Shown: positions 40,355 through 52,071 of the stretch, piece after piece
How the letters are laid out: each line of letters opens with the position of its first letter
Position numbering within the stretch: the first letter of the stretch is position 1
Assembly: GCA_963695875.1 (NCBI GenBank)
Contig: CAVOID010000004.1
Location: 32,001 to 96,000 of the forward strand
Origin: an uncultured delta proteobacterium
GTDB taxonomy: Bacteria; Desulfobacterota; Syntrophia; Syntrophales; UBA2185
Length of the DNA stretch: 64,000 bases
Direction: 5' to 3'
The notes under the pieces: model-generated
What the model saw: the letters and a program-made list of their open reading frames with translations, nothing else
The model's database searches: none
Told to the model about the DNA's origin: nothing
Position numbers and translations under genes: made by a program

Positions 40355-41641
40355 ATGAAGAAAAAAACCATGCATGGCAGAAGTGATATAGAAAAACTGC
40401 GCGAGAGTGAGCAGCTTTTTCAAACCTTAACAGAACGCTCTCTTTTGGGAATCTACGTAGTGCAGGACGGCCTGTTCAAATCAGCTAACCCTAACGCCGC
40501 TTCATATGCCGGTTACACACCTGAAGATCTTGTAGGCAAAGAATCAAACTCTATCGTTCACCCGGAAGACAGGGAGTTACAGAGGGAGGGGGCTATCAAT
40601 ATGCTCAAAGGGAAACGCTCTTCTCCTCACGAATTCAGGATCATCGGCAAAAACGGCGAAACCCACTGGATTATGGAGACAGTTACACCCATTGTTTTCA
40701 AGGGTAGACCTGCCATCCTGGGAAACTCCATGGATATCACCGAACATAAACGGAAGGAAGAAGCCCTTCGAGAATCAGAGCGACGCCTGGCAGATATTAT
40801 TGATTTTCTCCCTGATGCAACCCTTGCCATCGACCGGCGCGGAAAGGTTATTGCCTGGAATCGTGCCATGGAGGAGATGACGGGGGTTAAGGCTCCCGAT
40901 ATGCTGGGTAAAGAAGACTATGAGTATGCCCTGCCGTTTTATGGCATGCGAAGGCCCATCCTTCTGGATCTGGTACTGAAACCGGATAAAGAAATTGAGC
41001 AGAGTTATTATTCTATTCTCAAGAAGGAGAAGGATCTCCTTATAGTAGAGAAATGGATTCCTTTTTTACATCGGAGGATGGCCTTTATATGGGCAAAGGC
41101 AAGTCCCCTCTATGATAGCAGGGGGAACATCATGGGTGCCATCGAGTCGATCCGCGACATTACCGAACGCAAGGTTGCGGAGGAGGCGCTGGAGAAAAGG
41201 GAAAAAGAGCTTGAGACCAAGACACTTGAGCTCGAAGACCTGAACGCTGCCTTAAGAGTTTTGCTGAAACAGAGAGAAGAGGATAGAAGCGAGCTTGAAC
41301 AAAAGGTCCTATCGAACATCAAGGTCCTTGTCCTGCCGCATATGGAGAAATTGAAAAACCATGTAGATCTGAAGGGTATGTCTTATGTACACGTTCTTGA
41401 ATCGAATCTAATAGACATCGTATCCCCCTTTGCCCAGAAATTGTCAGTCAAGTATATGAATCTTACTAAAAGAGAAGTGCAGATCGCCAATCTTATTAAG
41501 GAGGGGAAGACTACTAAGGAGATATCGTCATTTCTAAATGTTTCTGAAAGTGCGGTCAATGTATTCCGCTATCATATAAGACATAAACTGGGCCTGACAA
41601 AAAAACATAATCTTGGCTCCTATCTTTCATCCCTTGCCTAA
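40355..41641 (+). CDS. PAS-PAS-LuxR HTH transcriptional regulator
   Basis: Two PAS/PAC domains (DITE.K), coiled coil, LTKREVQIANLIKEGKTTKEI. Confidence 0.88.
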   Translation: MKKKTMHGRSDIEKLRESEQLFQTLTERSLLGIYVVQDGLFKSANPNAASYAGYTPEDLVGKESNSIVHPEDRELQREGAINMLKGKRSSPHEFRIIGKNGETHWIMETVTPIVFKGRPAILGNSMDITEHKRKEEALRESERRLADIIDFLPDATLAIDRRGKVIAWNRAMEEMTGVKAPDMLGKEDYEYALPFYGMRRPILLDLVLKPDKEIEQSYYSILKKEKDLLIVEKWIPFLHRRMAFIWAKASPLYDSRGNIMGAIESIRDITERKVAEEALEKREKELETKTLELEDLNAALRVLLKQREEDRSELEQKVLSNIKVLVLPHMEKLKNHVDLKGMSYVHVLESNLIDIVSPFAQKLSVKYMNLTKREVQIANLIKEGKTTKEISSFLNVSESAVNVFRYHIRHKLGLTKKHNLGSYLSSLA

Positions 41642-41773
41642 GAAGTTAAGAATCGAGAAAAGGCTTTAGGGAGGAAGCCGACATTCTTAGCAACGGCGTC
41701 AAATTGGTTTTGCCTTTTTTTAGTTCCTAAGAATTAACGACGTCCATTTGAGATGTAGTGTGGATGAGCTTGA

Positions 41774-42031
41774 CTAGTAAAAATGGTGTTTCCACATGAG
41801 GATCTCCCGTGCGAATGGAATAGTTATGAGGAAGAATGCTATCCGGGAAGCAATTGCCATGATTTTCGTCACACCATTTCTTGTCGTGATTGGTGTTCTT
41901 GCCATTAGGTTAAGTCTTTGATAAACTTTTTGTTGCAGTGCCGCCCATGCTTGCATGATGAAAGCCGCAATGAGGATCATCATTGTAAATGCCAACAACC
42001 AATTATTTCTGTTCATTATTTGAATCATCTC
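41774..42031 (-). CDS. small hydrophobic hypothetical protein
   Basis: Two hydrophobic stretches; sigma54-like TGGCAC-N5-TTGA upstream at 42134-42148 (minus). Confidence 0.35.
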   Translation of the reverse strand, partial: EMIQIMNRNNWLLAFTMMILIAAFIMQAWAALQQKVYQRLNLMARTPITTRNGVTKIMAIASRIAFFLITIPFAREILMWKHHFY

Positions 42032-42339
42032 TCTGCAGCCTTTCTTAATTATTTCTAGCAAAAATTTTCTTGTGCAAATCTAAATTTAGCTGAAGTTTTT
42101 AAATACATTTGTATATTTTGATTAATTAATAACTCAAGAAATGTGCCATTAAAGACATTTTATTGAAATCATTCAGTAATAGCAATTATTTGACAATCTA
42201 TAATCATATATTAAGAACAAATATGTATTATTTTTAATGATAAAACGAACATTATCGCCAATTTTTTCACTCTAATATAAATCGATGCAAAATAATTTTA
42301 TCCAAAATAATGGAATATGTTTAAATTGATTTTTCATTT

Positions 42340-43653
42340 ATGACCGGTATAAGATTCAGAACCATGCCGAGAACATCTGCGTCAAATAATCAGGCAAGTT
42401 CTAAATTCATGCTGCGGGCGTTACATCATAAAAATTATCGTCTCTTTTTTGGTGGTCAGAGCATCTCCTTAATTGGAACGTGGATGCAACAAATCGCCAT
42501 GAGTTGGCTGGTTTACAGAATCACCAATTCCGCATTACTCTTGGGTATTGTGGGTTTCTCAAGTCAGATCCCTATCTTTCTCTTAGCATCTGTTGCCGGT
42601 GTGTATGCAGACAGATGGAATCGTCACCGTATGCTGGTTGTGACTCAGACACTGTCCATGATCCAGGCCTTGACCCTTGCTTTTCTTACCCTGACCGGAA
42701 ACATAGAGGTGTGGCATATAATTGTCTTAAGTACCTGCCTGGGCATAGTCAACGCCTTCGATATGCCTACGCGGCAGTCTTTTTTTGTGGAACTGGTCTC
42801 GAAGTCTGAGGACCTGGGGAATGCCATTGCCCTTAATTCATTTACGTTCAACGCAGCGAGACTCGTGGGACCGTCCATTGCAGGTATACTCATCGGCTAT
42901 CTGGGCGAGGGCTTCTGTTTCTTAATAAACGGCATTAGTTTTATCGGTATCATCATCGCACTCCTGGCAATTAATGTTCCAAAGAGAGAAAAGGTCCTGA
43001 GAATGTCCCATGTGTGGCAGGATTTGAAAGAGGGATATTCCTATGCCTTTGGCTTTGCACCGATACGTTATATTCTTCTCCAACTCGGATTGATGAGTTT
43101 CATGGGAATGTCCTATGCAGTCCTCATGCCCATCTTTGCGAGAGACATCCTTCACGGTGGACCTCATACACTGGGATTCTTGATGGCGGCATCGGGTGTC
43201 GGCGCCCTAGTCGGCTCCATCTACCTGGCGTCGCGGCGGACAATTCTGGGATTGGGACGGATCATCGCCTCTGCGTCTGCTGTTTTCGGTATGGGAATCA
43301 TGTTTTTTTCGCTCTCAAAAGCATTCATCATTTCTCTCTGTCTGCTTTTTATCGCCGGGTTCGGGCTGATGGTGCAAATTGTGTCGAGCAACACCATTCT
43401 GCAGAGTATTGTCGAAGAGGATAAGCGCGGTCGCATTATGAGCATCTACGCAATAGCACTTATCGGCATGGCGCCATTTGGCAGCCTCTTTGCGGGTCTA
43501 CTTGCATCCTGGATTGGGGCTCCCGATACGATTATTATAAGTGGTACAGCCTGCATCATCGGCTCGCTGCTCTTTGCTATGATGCTCCCGGAAATAAGAA
43601 AAAAGGTCCGTCCCATTTACATCAAGATGGGAATCATCTCTGAGCTTGAATGA
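42340..43653 (+). CDS. MFS transporter (MFS_3/DUF894-like)
   Basis: NYRLFFGGQSISLIGTWMQ, AFDMPTRQSF, NAIALNS. Confidence 0.88.
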   Translation: MTGIRFRTMPRTSASNNQASSKFMLRALHHKNYRLFFGGQSISLIGTWMQQIAMSWLVYRITNSALLLGIVGFSSQIPIFLLASVAGVYADRWNRHRMLVVTQTLSMIQALTLAFLTLTGNIEVWHIIVLSTCLGIVNAFDMPTRQSFFVELVSKSEDLGNAIALNSFTFNAARLVGPSIAGILIGYLGEGFCFLINGISFIGIIIALLAINVPKREKVLRMSHVWQDLKEGYSYAFGFAPIRYILLQLGLMSFMGMSYAVLMPIFARDILHGGPHTLGFLMAASGVGALVGSIYLASRRTILGLGRIIASASAVFGMGIMFFSLSKAFIISLCLLFIAGFGLMVQIVSSNTILQSIVEEDKRGRIMSIYAIALIGMAPFGSLFAGLLASWIGAPDTIIISGTACIIGSLLFAMMLPEIRKKVRPIYIKMGIISELE

Positions 43654-43754
43654 TAAAGACATATAGAAACTTGGAATCAAAAAACATTGGATATTTCATA
43701 TGAACTGTATTATACAAAAATGTATATTAGCTTTTAAATGCCAATGAGGTGTGT

Positions 43755-45059
43755 ATGAGGTTTGATATTGCGAAAAGCGGCAGTGGTCTGGTGTATGAAA
43801 TACGACAGATCGTCAATGTGGCCAATAAGCTGAAAGAGTATGGCGTAGAAGTGACGTGGGAAAATATCGGTGACCCTATACATAAAGGTGAAAAAATACC
43901 TGACTGGATGAAAGAAGTCCTTATTGAAATTCTCAGGGATGATCATTCTTATGGTTATTGCCCCACCAAAGGCGTGGATGAAACCCGCGCGTTCCTCGCG
44001 GACCGTGTGAACAAAATGGGGAAGGCACAGATAACCCCTGACGATATCGTTTTTTTTAACGGTCTTGGTGATGCGATAGCCCGGGCATACAGTTCTATAC
44101 GAGTTGATGCACGAATCATCATGCCTGAGCCGACGTATTCTACCCATCTCCTGGCGGAAGTTCTTCATGCCTCCTTTCCGCCCAATACTTACCGGATGAA
44201 TCCTTATCGGGACTGGTCTCCGGACATCCGTGAACTCGAACAGAAAGTGAGGAGCTATAGATCAATCGTCGGTATCCTGGTTATCAATCCGGACAATCCA
44301 ACCGGCTTTGTTCATTCCCCGGAAACACTCAAACAGATTGTGGATATTGCCAGGGAGTATAACCTCTTCCTGATTTTTGATGAGACGTATATCAATATCG
44401 TCTATAACGGGAAAAAAACGGTCAATCTGGCGGATATCATCGAAGATGTGCCCGGCATCAGCATGAAGGGCATCTCCAAGGAATTCCCCTGGCCCGGTTC
44501 GCGGTGCGGCTGGATGGAAGTGTATAATATTCATAAAGACGAGAAGTTCAAAGACTACATCGACACCATAGTGAACCAGAAGATGTCGGAGGTCTGTTCC
44601 ACAACGCTGCCGCAGATGGCGATTCCGAAAATCATGACCCATCCGGAGTATCAGAAATACCTGGATGATCGTATCCGCCATTACGAAAGACTTTCCAACA
44701 TCGCATACAATAGTCTCAAGGATGTTCCCTATCTCATTGTGAACAGGAGTAACGGCGCGTTCTACATGTCGGTGGTTTTTAATGAGGCTTCACTCAACGA
44801 CAGGCAGACGCTGCATATTGAACAGCCCGAGATCAGGCAATATGTTGAAAAACTGACATCCGAAAGGATAGAATTTGATAAACGCTTTGTTTATTACCTT
44901 TTGGGTTCCACGGGAATCTGCGTTGTCCCGCTGACTTCTTTCTTCACTTCCGTGCCAGGTTTCAGGATGACCCTGCTCGATAGGGACGCGGATAAGTTTG
45001 AATATGTCATGAAAACACTTGCCGAGAAAACCGTCGAATACATCGAGTCTGCACATTGA
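43755..45059 (+). CDS. PLP-dependent class I/II aminotransferase (AlaA-like)
   Basis: YEIR, ENIGDP, INPDNPTG, DETY, GISKEFPWPGSRCGW. Confidence 0.88.
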   Translation: MRFDIAKSGSGLVYEIRQIVNVANKLKEYGVEVTWENIGDPIHKGEKIPDWMKEVLIEILRDDHSYGYCPTKGVDETRAFLADRVNKMGKAQITPDDIVFFNGLGDAIARAYSSIRVDARIIMPEPTYSTHLLAEVLHASFPPNTYRMNPYRDWSPDIRELEQKVRSYRSIVGILVINPDNPTGFVHSPETLKQIVDIAREYNLFLIFDETYINIVYNGKKTVNLADIIEDVPGISMKGISKEFPWPGSRCGWMEVYNIHKDEKFKDYIDTIVNQKMSEVCSTTLPQMAIPKIMTHPEYQKYLDDRIRHYERLSNIAYNSLKDVPYLIVNRSNGAFYMSVVFNEASLNDRQTLHIEQPEIRQYVEKLTSERIEFDKRFVYYLLGSTGICVVPLTSFFTSVPGFRMTLLDRDADKFEYVMKTLAEKTVEYIESAH

Positions 45060-45175
45060 GGGGCTGACAAGCAACAGTTATTCCTTGACAGCCGCTGATC
45101 CCTTTCTACGATAAAGACAAGCCACTGAGTGCCTCTATCGGTTTCATAAATTTTTCTAGTTAAATTCCTTGCATA

Positions 45176-45967
45176 TTACTTGATCAGGCGCCGGTGCATT
45201 TTGTGGATTGCCAGGGGGAAAAAGATAAGGCAAGAAATCACAAAATAGCAGAGCCCCGGCAGGAGCGACGTATCCAATATGCCGAGGCTCAAAGACCTTG
45301 TGAGATTTACTATATGTGTCAATGGTAGAAGGATGGCAACGTGCTGAGCCCACCCGGGCAGAGTCTCGATGGGGAAAAATGTCCCGCTGAAGAGAAACAT
45401 TGGAGTGATGAAAAGAAATACCGGCAGGTTGAACAGTTCTATATTGCCCACAATTGCCGTGAAGATCATGCCGATTGAACCGAAGACAATTCCCCCGACA
45501 AAGGCCAGAGGTATGATCAAAAGGCCCTCGGGGTAACGGATCAGGCCGAATAAACTGATGACCGCAAGCATGATTACAGTGGCAATAACCGATTTAGTGG
45601 CTCCCCAGACAATTTCTCCTGTAATAATTTCTTGAAGAGACAGTGGTGTTGCCATCATGGCATCGAATGTTTTCTGATAATACATGCGCACAAATGAGGC
45701 GTAGGTATTTTCAAAGAAGGCGTTATTCATGATATTGATGGCAATCAGGGCGGGAGCTATGAAAACGAGGTAAGATATTTCAGAGCCTTCGTAATTAACG
45801 GTTCCGACGAGGGCGCTCATGCCCACTCCGAAGGCAAGCAAATAGAAGAATGGTTCGAGGGCGGGAGGGACAAAACTGATCTTCCAATTTTCCCGGTATA
45901 CAATCAAGTTTCTCTGCCAGACCCGCAAAAACCTTATTGATATATTAATTGGCATGATGAAGTTCAT
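45176..45967 (-). CDS. ABC-2 exporter permease (NodJ-like)
   Basis: RVWQRN, EPFFYLLAFG, FLFSGTFFP. Confidence 0.87.
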   Translation of the reverse strand: MNFIMPINISIRFLRVWQRNLIVYRENWKISFVPPALEPFFYLLAFGVGMSALVGTVNYEGSEISYLVFIAPALIAINIMNNAFFENTYASFVRMYYQKTFDAMMATPLSLQEIITGEIVWGATKSVIATVIMLAVISLFGLIRYPEGLLIIPLAFVGGIVFGSIGMIFTAIVGNIELFNLPVFLFITPMFLFSGTFFPIETLPGWAQHVAILLPLTHIVNLTRSLSLGILDTSLLPGLCYFVISCLIFFPLAIHKMHRRLIK

Positions 45968-46914
45968 TCCCTGAGATCCCTACCTGTCAGTTTTAAGAAG
46001 ACGTCTTCCAGAGACGCCATGCGCATTACACACCCTTCCCTGCAATAGTCCTTGCTGATCTCGCGGAACAGCGCATTCCCGTCGTCGACATATATGATCA
46101 TCCGGTGGCCAAGGTCCTCATGTAGCAGGTTCCGCGATAGAATAAGCGATCTCAACCCATTACTCGGCTCAGCTATTTCAATAACATCGCGACCCGCATA
46201 TTGCCGGACCAACTCAAGTGGTTTTCCCTCTACAAGAATACGTCCGTGATCCATGATGATGAGCCTGTCACAGAGCCGGGCAGCTTCGTCCATGTTATGG
46301 GTCGTAAGGAGAATAGAGAGTCCTTTCGCCTGCAGTTGTCCCAGGCGTTCCCATACAAGATGTCGGGACTGAGGATCCAGCCCCGTTGTCGGCTCATCCA
46401 GAATCAAGATCTCCGGCCGGTTGATAAGGGCGCGTGCGAGAACCAGGCGCCGCATCATGCCCCCGGACAGTTCTGTCGCCCTTGCGTCTTTCCGGTGATC
46501 GAGGGCTATAAACTTTAGGAGCTGCTGAGCCTGCCTGCGCGCCTCTCCAGGGGGCATATCAAAGTATCGGGCAAAAACCTCCAGATTCTGCTGAACTCTA
46601 AGGTCAGGATCCAGGGTATTTTCCTGCTGGCACACGCCGATCCTGGATTTTATCTGACGGGCTTCTTGTGTGATATCGAGACCGAAGACCTCAAGGGTAC
46701 CGCCAGTCATAGGTGAAAAGCCGTAGATCATCCGTATGGTTGATGTCTTTCCGGCGCCATTGGGCCCGAGGATTCCAAAGCATTCTCCCGGATATACTCT
46801 GAAAGAAACATTATCGACAGCTACCAGATCACCAAAGGTTTTTCTCAGACTTTTCGCCTCTATAATCGGGTTCACCGGTAATTTCTCAACGTCATTTATT
46901 TGTGTGCCATTCAT
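45964..46914 (-). CDS. ABC exporter ATPase (NodI-like)
   Basis: GPNGAGKT, LSGGMMRRL, LDEPTTGLDPQSRH. Confidence 0.9.
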   Translation of the reverse strand: MNGTQINDVEKLPVNPIIEAKSLRKTFGDLVAVDNVSFRVYPGECFGILGPNGAGKTSTIRMIYGFSPMTGGTLEVFGLDITQEARQIKSRIGVCQQENTLDPDLRVQQNLEVFARYFDMPPGEARRQAQQLLKFIALDHRKDARATELSGGMMRRLVLARALINRPEILILDEPTTGLDPQSRHLVWERLGQLQAKGLSILLTTHNMDEAARLCDRLIIMDHGRILVEGKPLELVRQYAGRDVIEIAEPSNGLRSLILSRNLLHEDLGHRMIIYVDDGNALFREISKDYCREGCVMRMASLEDVFLKLTGRDLRE

Positions 46915-47102
46915 TGGCTGCTACCTTTTCTCAATAACTGCATTCAATCCATATAACTTTCCGTTTGTCAGTTAAATGAATTGTAAGAATTTATTGAATA
47001 TGTTACTTATTCTTATATCAGATAAGGATTCGTCTTTAAATATAATTTAGTAAGGAATTCATCTAATCGTATATCCTTAAATAACATGTGAGGCAAATTA
47101 AA

Positions 47103-47658
47103 ATGACTGACATAATTGAGGAAACACTGTCGAAATATAACAAAGGGCTGGTTTTTGTTTACACCGGGAACGGCAAAGGCAAAACAACTGCTGCAATGGG
47201 GCAGGTATTACGGGCGGTGGGACACGGTTTGAAGGTGATGGTAATTCAATTTATGAAGGGGAAAAAATACGGCGAGGTAATAGCTGCCGAGAAATTTCTT
47301 CCCAGGTGTAACGATTTGTCCATGCGGTCTCGACAGTTTTGTGATGAGGGGGAACCCTGCTCCTGTTGATATTGAACTTGCTCAACAGGGGTTGAACATG
47401 GCGAGGAAAGCCCTGTCTTCCGGGGAATATAACATGGTTGTTCTTGATGAAATCAATGTTGCCCTTGACTTTGGATTGATTTCTGTAAGTGATGTGGTGG
47501 AAATGATAAAAAGCAGATCAACAAATGTAGACGTGGTCATGACGGGAAGATATGCTCCTCCGGAAATTATCGAAATTGCCGACACGGTCAGTGAGGTAAA
47601 CGAGGTTAAACATCATTACTCGACAGGGTTAAAGGAGAGAGCCGGCATAGAATATTGA
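47103..47658 (+). CDS. cobO: second cob(I)yrinic acid a,c-diamide adenosyltransferase, frameshifted
   Basis: YTGNGKGKTTAA, QFMKG, LDEINVA, MTGRYAP, GIEY. Confidence 0.9.
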
Positions 47659-47782
47659 CGACTTCGTAAAAAGCTTCATATGCTACGTTGCGCTGCATCC
47701 CTCGTCATTCAACGTACTTCTATGTACGCCTCATTCCTCGTGATTTGCGCGCCTTGCCTCTGCAGCTTTTTACGAAGCCGTC
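47657..47782. mobile_element. MITE family C, 126 bp
   Basis: TIRs GACGACTTCGTAAAAAG / CTTTTTACGAAGCCGTC. Confidence 0.8.
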
Positions 47783-47876
47783 TACTTCTCACTCGGGTTA
47801 TTGTTATTATGAAATTAATTGGTATCAGCTTAGTGAGTTGAATGTGAGAAGCAGGAATTAAAATCAAAGGGAGCGG

Positions 47877-49070
47877 ATGAAGAAGACCCCGAAAGAAGAG
47901 CTGTACAGGCGTGTCCAAGCCTTACAAAGCCGCATGGAATCAGCAAATATAGATGGCGCTCTGATCGTCCAGAATGCCGACCTTTTCTATTTCACCGGAA
48001 CTGTACAGCAAGCGTATCTGTTTATACCGCCTGCGGGCCCCCCGCTTTTTTTTGTTCGTAAGAATATAAACCGTGTCAGGAATGAATCCGAGCTGGATTT
48101 TATCATACCTGTCGGTAGCCTCAGGGAATTGCCCGGGCTTTTGGCAGATCATGGCTATCCGCGAACTAACAGGCTCGGGATGGAGCTCGATGTATTGCCT
48201 GTAAACCTTTACTTCCGGTATTTTGATACCATAAAGCCAACGGAGATTATAGATATATGGCCTTCTGTCCAGGCCGTCAGGGCGGTAAAGTCCGGCTACG
48301 AGATAGATCTTATGAAGGAAGTGGCCGCACTATCAGACTTTATGGTCGATACAGGCCGGGAGAATCTTCGCGAAGGCCTGACTGATATAGAACTCTCGTC
48401 CATAGTTGAAGGTGCGGCGCGTGCCCGCGGTCATCAGGGCTTCGTACGCACGCGGGCGTTCAATCAAGAAGTTTACTGGGGACATCTGATATCCGGTCCT
48501 GATGCAGCCGATCCGGCATTTGTCGATGGCACCACCGGCGGACATGGACTGAGCAACGCCTTCCCACAGGGGGCCGGGCGGCGATCTATCGGGCGGTATG
48601 AACCGGTCATTTTTGATCTCTGTGCGTGTATGTATGGCTACTGCGCGGATCAAACGCGTACGCTCAGTATTGGGTCACTTCCCGACAAACTTGATAGTGC
48701 CTACAAGGTTGCTTTAGAAATCCAGCAAAAAGTGGAGAAAAGGATTCAATGCGGTGTTTCACTTGATGAGCTGTTTTCGAAGGCACAAAATATAGCCGAA
48801 TCCCACCGTTTGGGTGAACATTTCATGGGTTATGGAAAACAGCGAATTGGCTACTGCGGCCACGGAATTGGTCTGGAGCTGGACGAGTTTCCGGTGATCA
48901 GGAAAGGAGATAAAGCGCTTCTATCTTCTGGAATGGTCATTGCTCTGGAACCGAAGTTTCATTTTCCGAATGAAGGAGTGGTTGGTGTTGAGGATACCTT
49001 TGTCGTCATGGATAAGGGAAGTCAGAAGTTGACCAGTGCGGACTATGTTGTTGATGTTACCCAAGGATAA
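47877..49070 (+). CDS. M24 family (Xaa-Pro-type) peptidase
   Basis: ADQTRT, GHGIGLELDE, ALEPK, GVEDTF. Confidence 0.88.
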   Translation: MKKTPKEELYRRVQALQSRMESANIDGALIVQNADLFYFTGTVQQAYLFIPPAGPPLFFVRKNINRVRNESELDFIIPVGSLRELPGLLADHGYPRTNRLGMELDVLPVNLYFRYFDTIKPTEIIDIWPSVQAVRAVKSGYEIDLMKEVAALSDFMVDTGRENLREGLTDIELSSIVEGAARARGHQGFVRTRAFNQEVYWGHLISGPDAADPAFVDGTTGGHGLSNAFPQGAGRRSIGRYEPVIFDLCACMYGYCADQTRTLSIGSLPDKLDSAYKVALEIQQKVEKRIQCGVSLDELFSKAQNIAESHRLGEHFMGYGKQRIGYCGHGIGLELDEFPVIRKGDKALLSSGMVIALEPKFHFPNEGVVGVEDTFVVMDKGSQKLTSADYVVDVTQG

Positions 49071-49076
49071 ATTCCC

Positions 49077-49649
49077 GTGATTAGGAATAATGAAAAAGAA
49101 CTGGATAAGATTATCTCACTGCTGAAGGCGCGAGGGGCTTCAGTTGTTGCGCTGGTAAATATAGCTGATATCATTGTCGATGAACGGGTTCGCCTGAAAT
49201 GCCGGGTTCCCGTGTGCGACAGCTATAATAGAAACCTCATGTGCCCGCCCTATGTGCCGTCTGTTACGGAATTTCGCGAAGCTTTAAAAAAATATGATCA
49301 AGCGATCCTTCTTCAGGTTTCTGCTGAACTGGATGGAATATATGAAAACGCTCCTGCTGAAGAAGTCTTTCTTCCTGCCAGGAAACTTCACGAGCTGGTT
49401 AATTTAGGCGAGAAAGAGGCATTTACGGCGGGATTCCGTTTTGCCGCCGGCTTTATCGGGGGCTGCTGCCGTTTGTGCGACGAGTGCGTCGCCGTGCATG
49501 GCGGCAATGCTTGCCGGTTTCCCTTCAAGGCCCGGCCTTCCATGGAGGCCATGGGTATTGATGTAGTGGCTACTGCGGAAAAGACGGGTTTGCCGTTGTC
49601 CTTTCCCATCAGAAATCGGGTGACATGGACGGGCCTCATATTAATTTAA
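49077..49649 (+). CDS. DUF2284-like Cys-rich metal-binding protein
   Basis: VRLKC..P.C..Y..NLMCPP, GGCCRLCDEC, CRFP..ARPSMEAMGIDV. Confidence 0.8.
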   Translation: MIRNNEKELDKIISLLKARGASVVALVNIADIIVDERVRLKCRVPVCDSYNRNLMCPPYVPSVTEFREALKKYDQAILLQVSAELDGIYENAPAEEVFLPARKLHELVNLGEKEAFTAGFRFAAGFIGGCCRLCDECVAVHGGNACRFPFKARPSMEAMGIDVVATAEKTGLPLSFPIRNRVTWTGLILI

Positions 49650-49702
49650 AGTGGTATGTAATAAAAAATCGGGCACCATTTCATAACTTGAGGATTTGAA
49701 GA

Positions 49703-51313
49703 ATGAAGATAAAATTCATGGGAGCGGCAAGGACGGTAACAGGTTCCTGCTACATTATCGAAACTAATGGTCACCGATTCGCCGTGGACTGTGGAATGCA
49801 CCAGGGTAACGCGGAAATTGAAAAAAGAAATTGGGATGTTGATATTTATCAGCCTGAAAAAATAGATTTTTTCCTCATTACCCATGCGCACATTGACCAT
49901 TCTGGCCTTCTGCCACGGATGGTTCAGAAGGGATTCAACGGTAAGATATATACGACTGTGCCGACCAGGGATTTAGTGAAGATATTACTGCTCGACAGTG
50001 CCCATATACAGGAAATGGAGGCGCAGTGGAAAAACAAGAAGCATCTTCGTTCCGGAGACAATAGAATCAAACCTCTGTACACACAGAAAGATGCGGAAGC
50101 CACATTCCCGATGTTCGATGTGGTTTCGTACAATGAAGTTCTTGAGCCTTTCCCCGGTGCTTAAAGCAACTTTTAAAGATGCAGGGCACATCCTCGGGGC
50201 TTCCCTGATCGAACTCCGGATTGAAGAAAATGGAGTTCCGGTCAAGCTGGTTTTTTCTGGAGATATCGGCCGTCCCGCCCAGTTGATGATGGAGGACCCG
50301 AGTGTTGTCAATGCCGCTGATTTCCTCTTTTTGGAATCAACATATGGTGACCGTGATCATAAGAACGAGGATGACAGCCTTAATGAGCTGGCAGAGGCCA
50401 TAGCATACAGTTACGGCAATAAAGAGAAAGTGATTATCCCTGCCTTTGCCGTGGAGAGGACACAGGAGATAATGTATTGTCTGTATCTTCTGAACAAAGA
50501 TGGAAGGCTGCCTGCGGATATGCCTGTGTATCTGGACAGCCCTTTGGCCATCCAGGCTACGGAGATATTTCCGCCACCACACGGCGTACCTCGATGAAGA
50601 AACCAGAGAATTGATAAAGAAAGGAGAGGATCCTCTGTACCTGCCGCAATTACATTTTACCCCGACCACGGATGAGTCCATGGCCATCAATAACTTTTCC
50701 GGGCCGGCAATTGTTATTTCTGCCAGCGGCATGGCAGATGCGGGAAGGATAAAACATCATCTGCGGCATAACATCTGGCGGGAAGGGGCCAGTATTGTAT
50801 TTGTCGGTTTCCAGGCCCAGGGGACGACGGGTCGTAAGATTGTTGATGGCGCAAAGAAAATTCGTCTTTTTAATGAAGAGATTGCCGTAAAAGCCAGGGT
50901 GTTTACGATAAACGGATTTTCTGCCCATGCAGGCCAAAGCCAGATTCTGCAGTGGTTGAGTCATTTTCAAACTCGTGACATGCAGGTATTCCTTATACAT
51001 GGGGAATATTCAGCCCAGCAGGTGCTTGCGGGTCTGATTAAGGAACGATTCGGTTTCAAGGTGCTGATACCGGAATATCTGGAGGAAACAACCCTCGAAC
51101 CGGGACAGGTACTCAAACGGGTAGAGTATCCGGAAAAAGCGGTTCCCCGTCATTGATTGGAATTATATTTTTGAAGATATAGGCGCCAGGTTTGCACGCC
51201 TTAAAGAACGGAGGTCTCAGATGGAATCAAAGCCGTGGGTGGAGCAGACAGAGCTCAGAGACCGGCTCCTTGAACTGGATCGCGTTCTGATGGAAATCAA
51301 TTCTGAAATCTAA
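49703..51313 (+). CDS. beta-CASP metallo-beta-lactamase fold ribonuclease, frameshifted
   Basis: THAHIDHSG, AGHILG, SGDIG, ESTYG, FSAHAG. Confidence 0.9.
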
Positions 51314-51402
51314 CGGCTGTTACGGTCCCATCGCGCAGGCGGGGGACAGGAAGGCTCCTGCTGCGTTACGCTTCATCCTTCCCCGTGTCAAGTGCTGGTA
51401 GG

Positions 51403-51959
51403 CTATTCGGTGAATTTATATTGGAATCTTGCCACAATGTTCAATTGTGAAAGCTGAAATTCCTGGGGCAAAGGATCATAGGGTGCAGCCGATCTGACAA
51501 CGTCGAGAGATCCCTGGTCAAGGTAGTTGGATCCTGATGATTCAACGATTCCACTTGCCAGGATGGCTCCACTTTCGCTGATTGAAAATTTAACTATGGC
51601 GGTTCCTTCTTCTTCTCTGTTCTAAGGCGGCTTGGGGATATATCCATATAACATCGATTTTTCTCTTTATTTTTTTTAGGTAAGGCATGTATTTAACGTC
51701 AGCACTGCCAAGGTCGACTGTATCTTCCCGTTTCATCTTGTGATTATTGACATTTTCTTCGTCCTGATGGTAGGGCTTGGTTTCCTTTTTTTCTTCCTGG
51801 TTTTTTTCCGTGTCTGCCTTTGGTTCTTTCAAGGAAATGGTTAAGACTTCCTCCTTGCTGGACTTTCCCGCGCCAGTCTGCAAAGCCTGTCAGATATAAT
51901 ACAAGCACATGACTGGTAAGGGAAATCAGTATGGATATGATCAGGATTTTTTTTGACAT
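51403..51959 (-). CDS. TonB C-terminal domain protein, frameshifted
   Basis: N-terminal TM (SLTSHVL); YLKKIKRKI..WIYP; SSGS..LDQ...SAAPYDPLP. Confidence 0.75.
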
Positions 51960-52071
51960 CAGGCAATATCTCTCTTTAGACGCTGAATCATACGTCAGTG
52001 AGGAGATAAAAATCAACTTTTATGATAGATGTATCTAACCTTAGATATATATCGGTCAGAGTTGGTGATTT

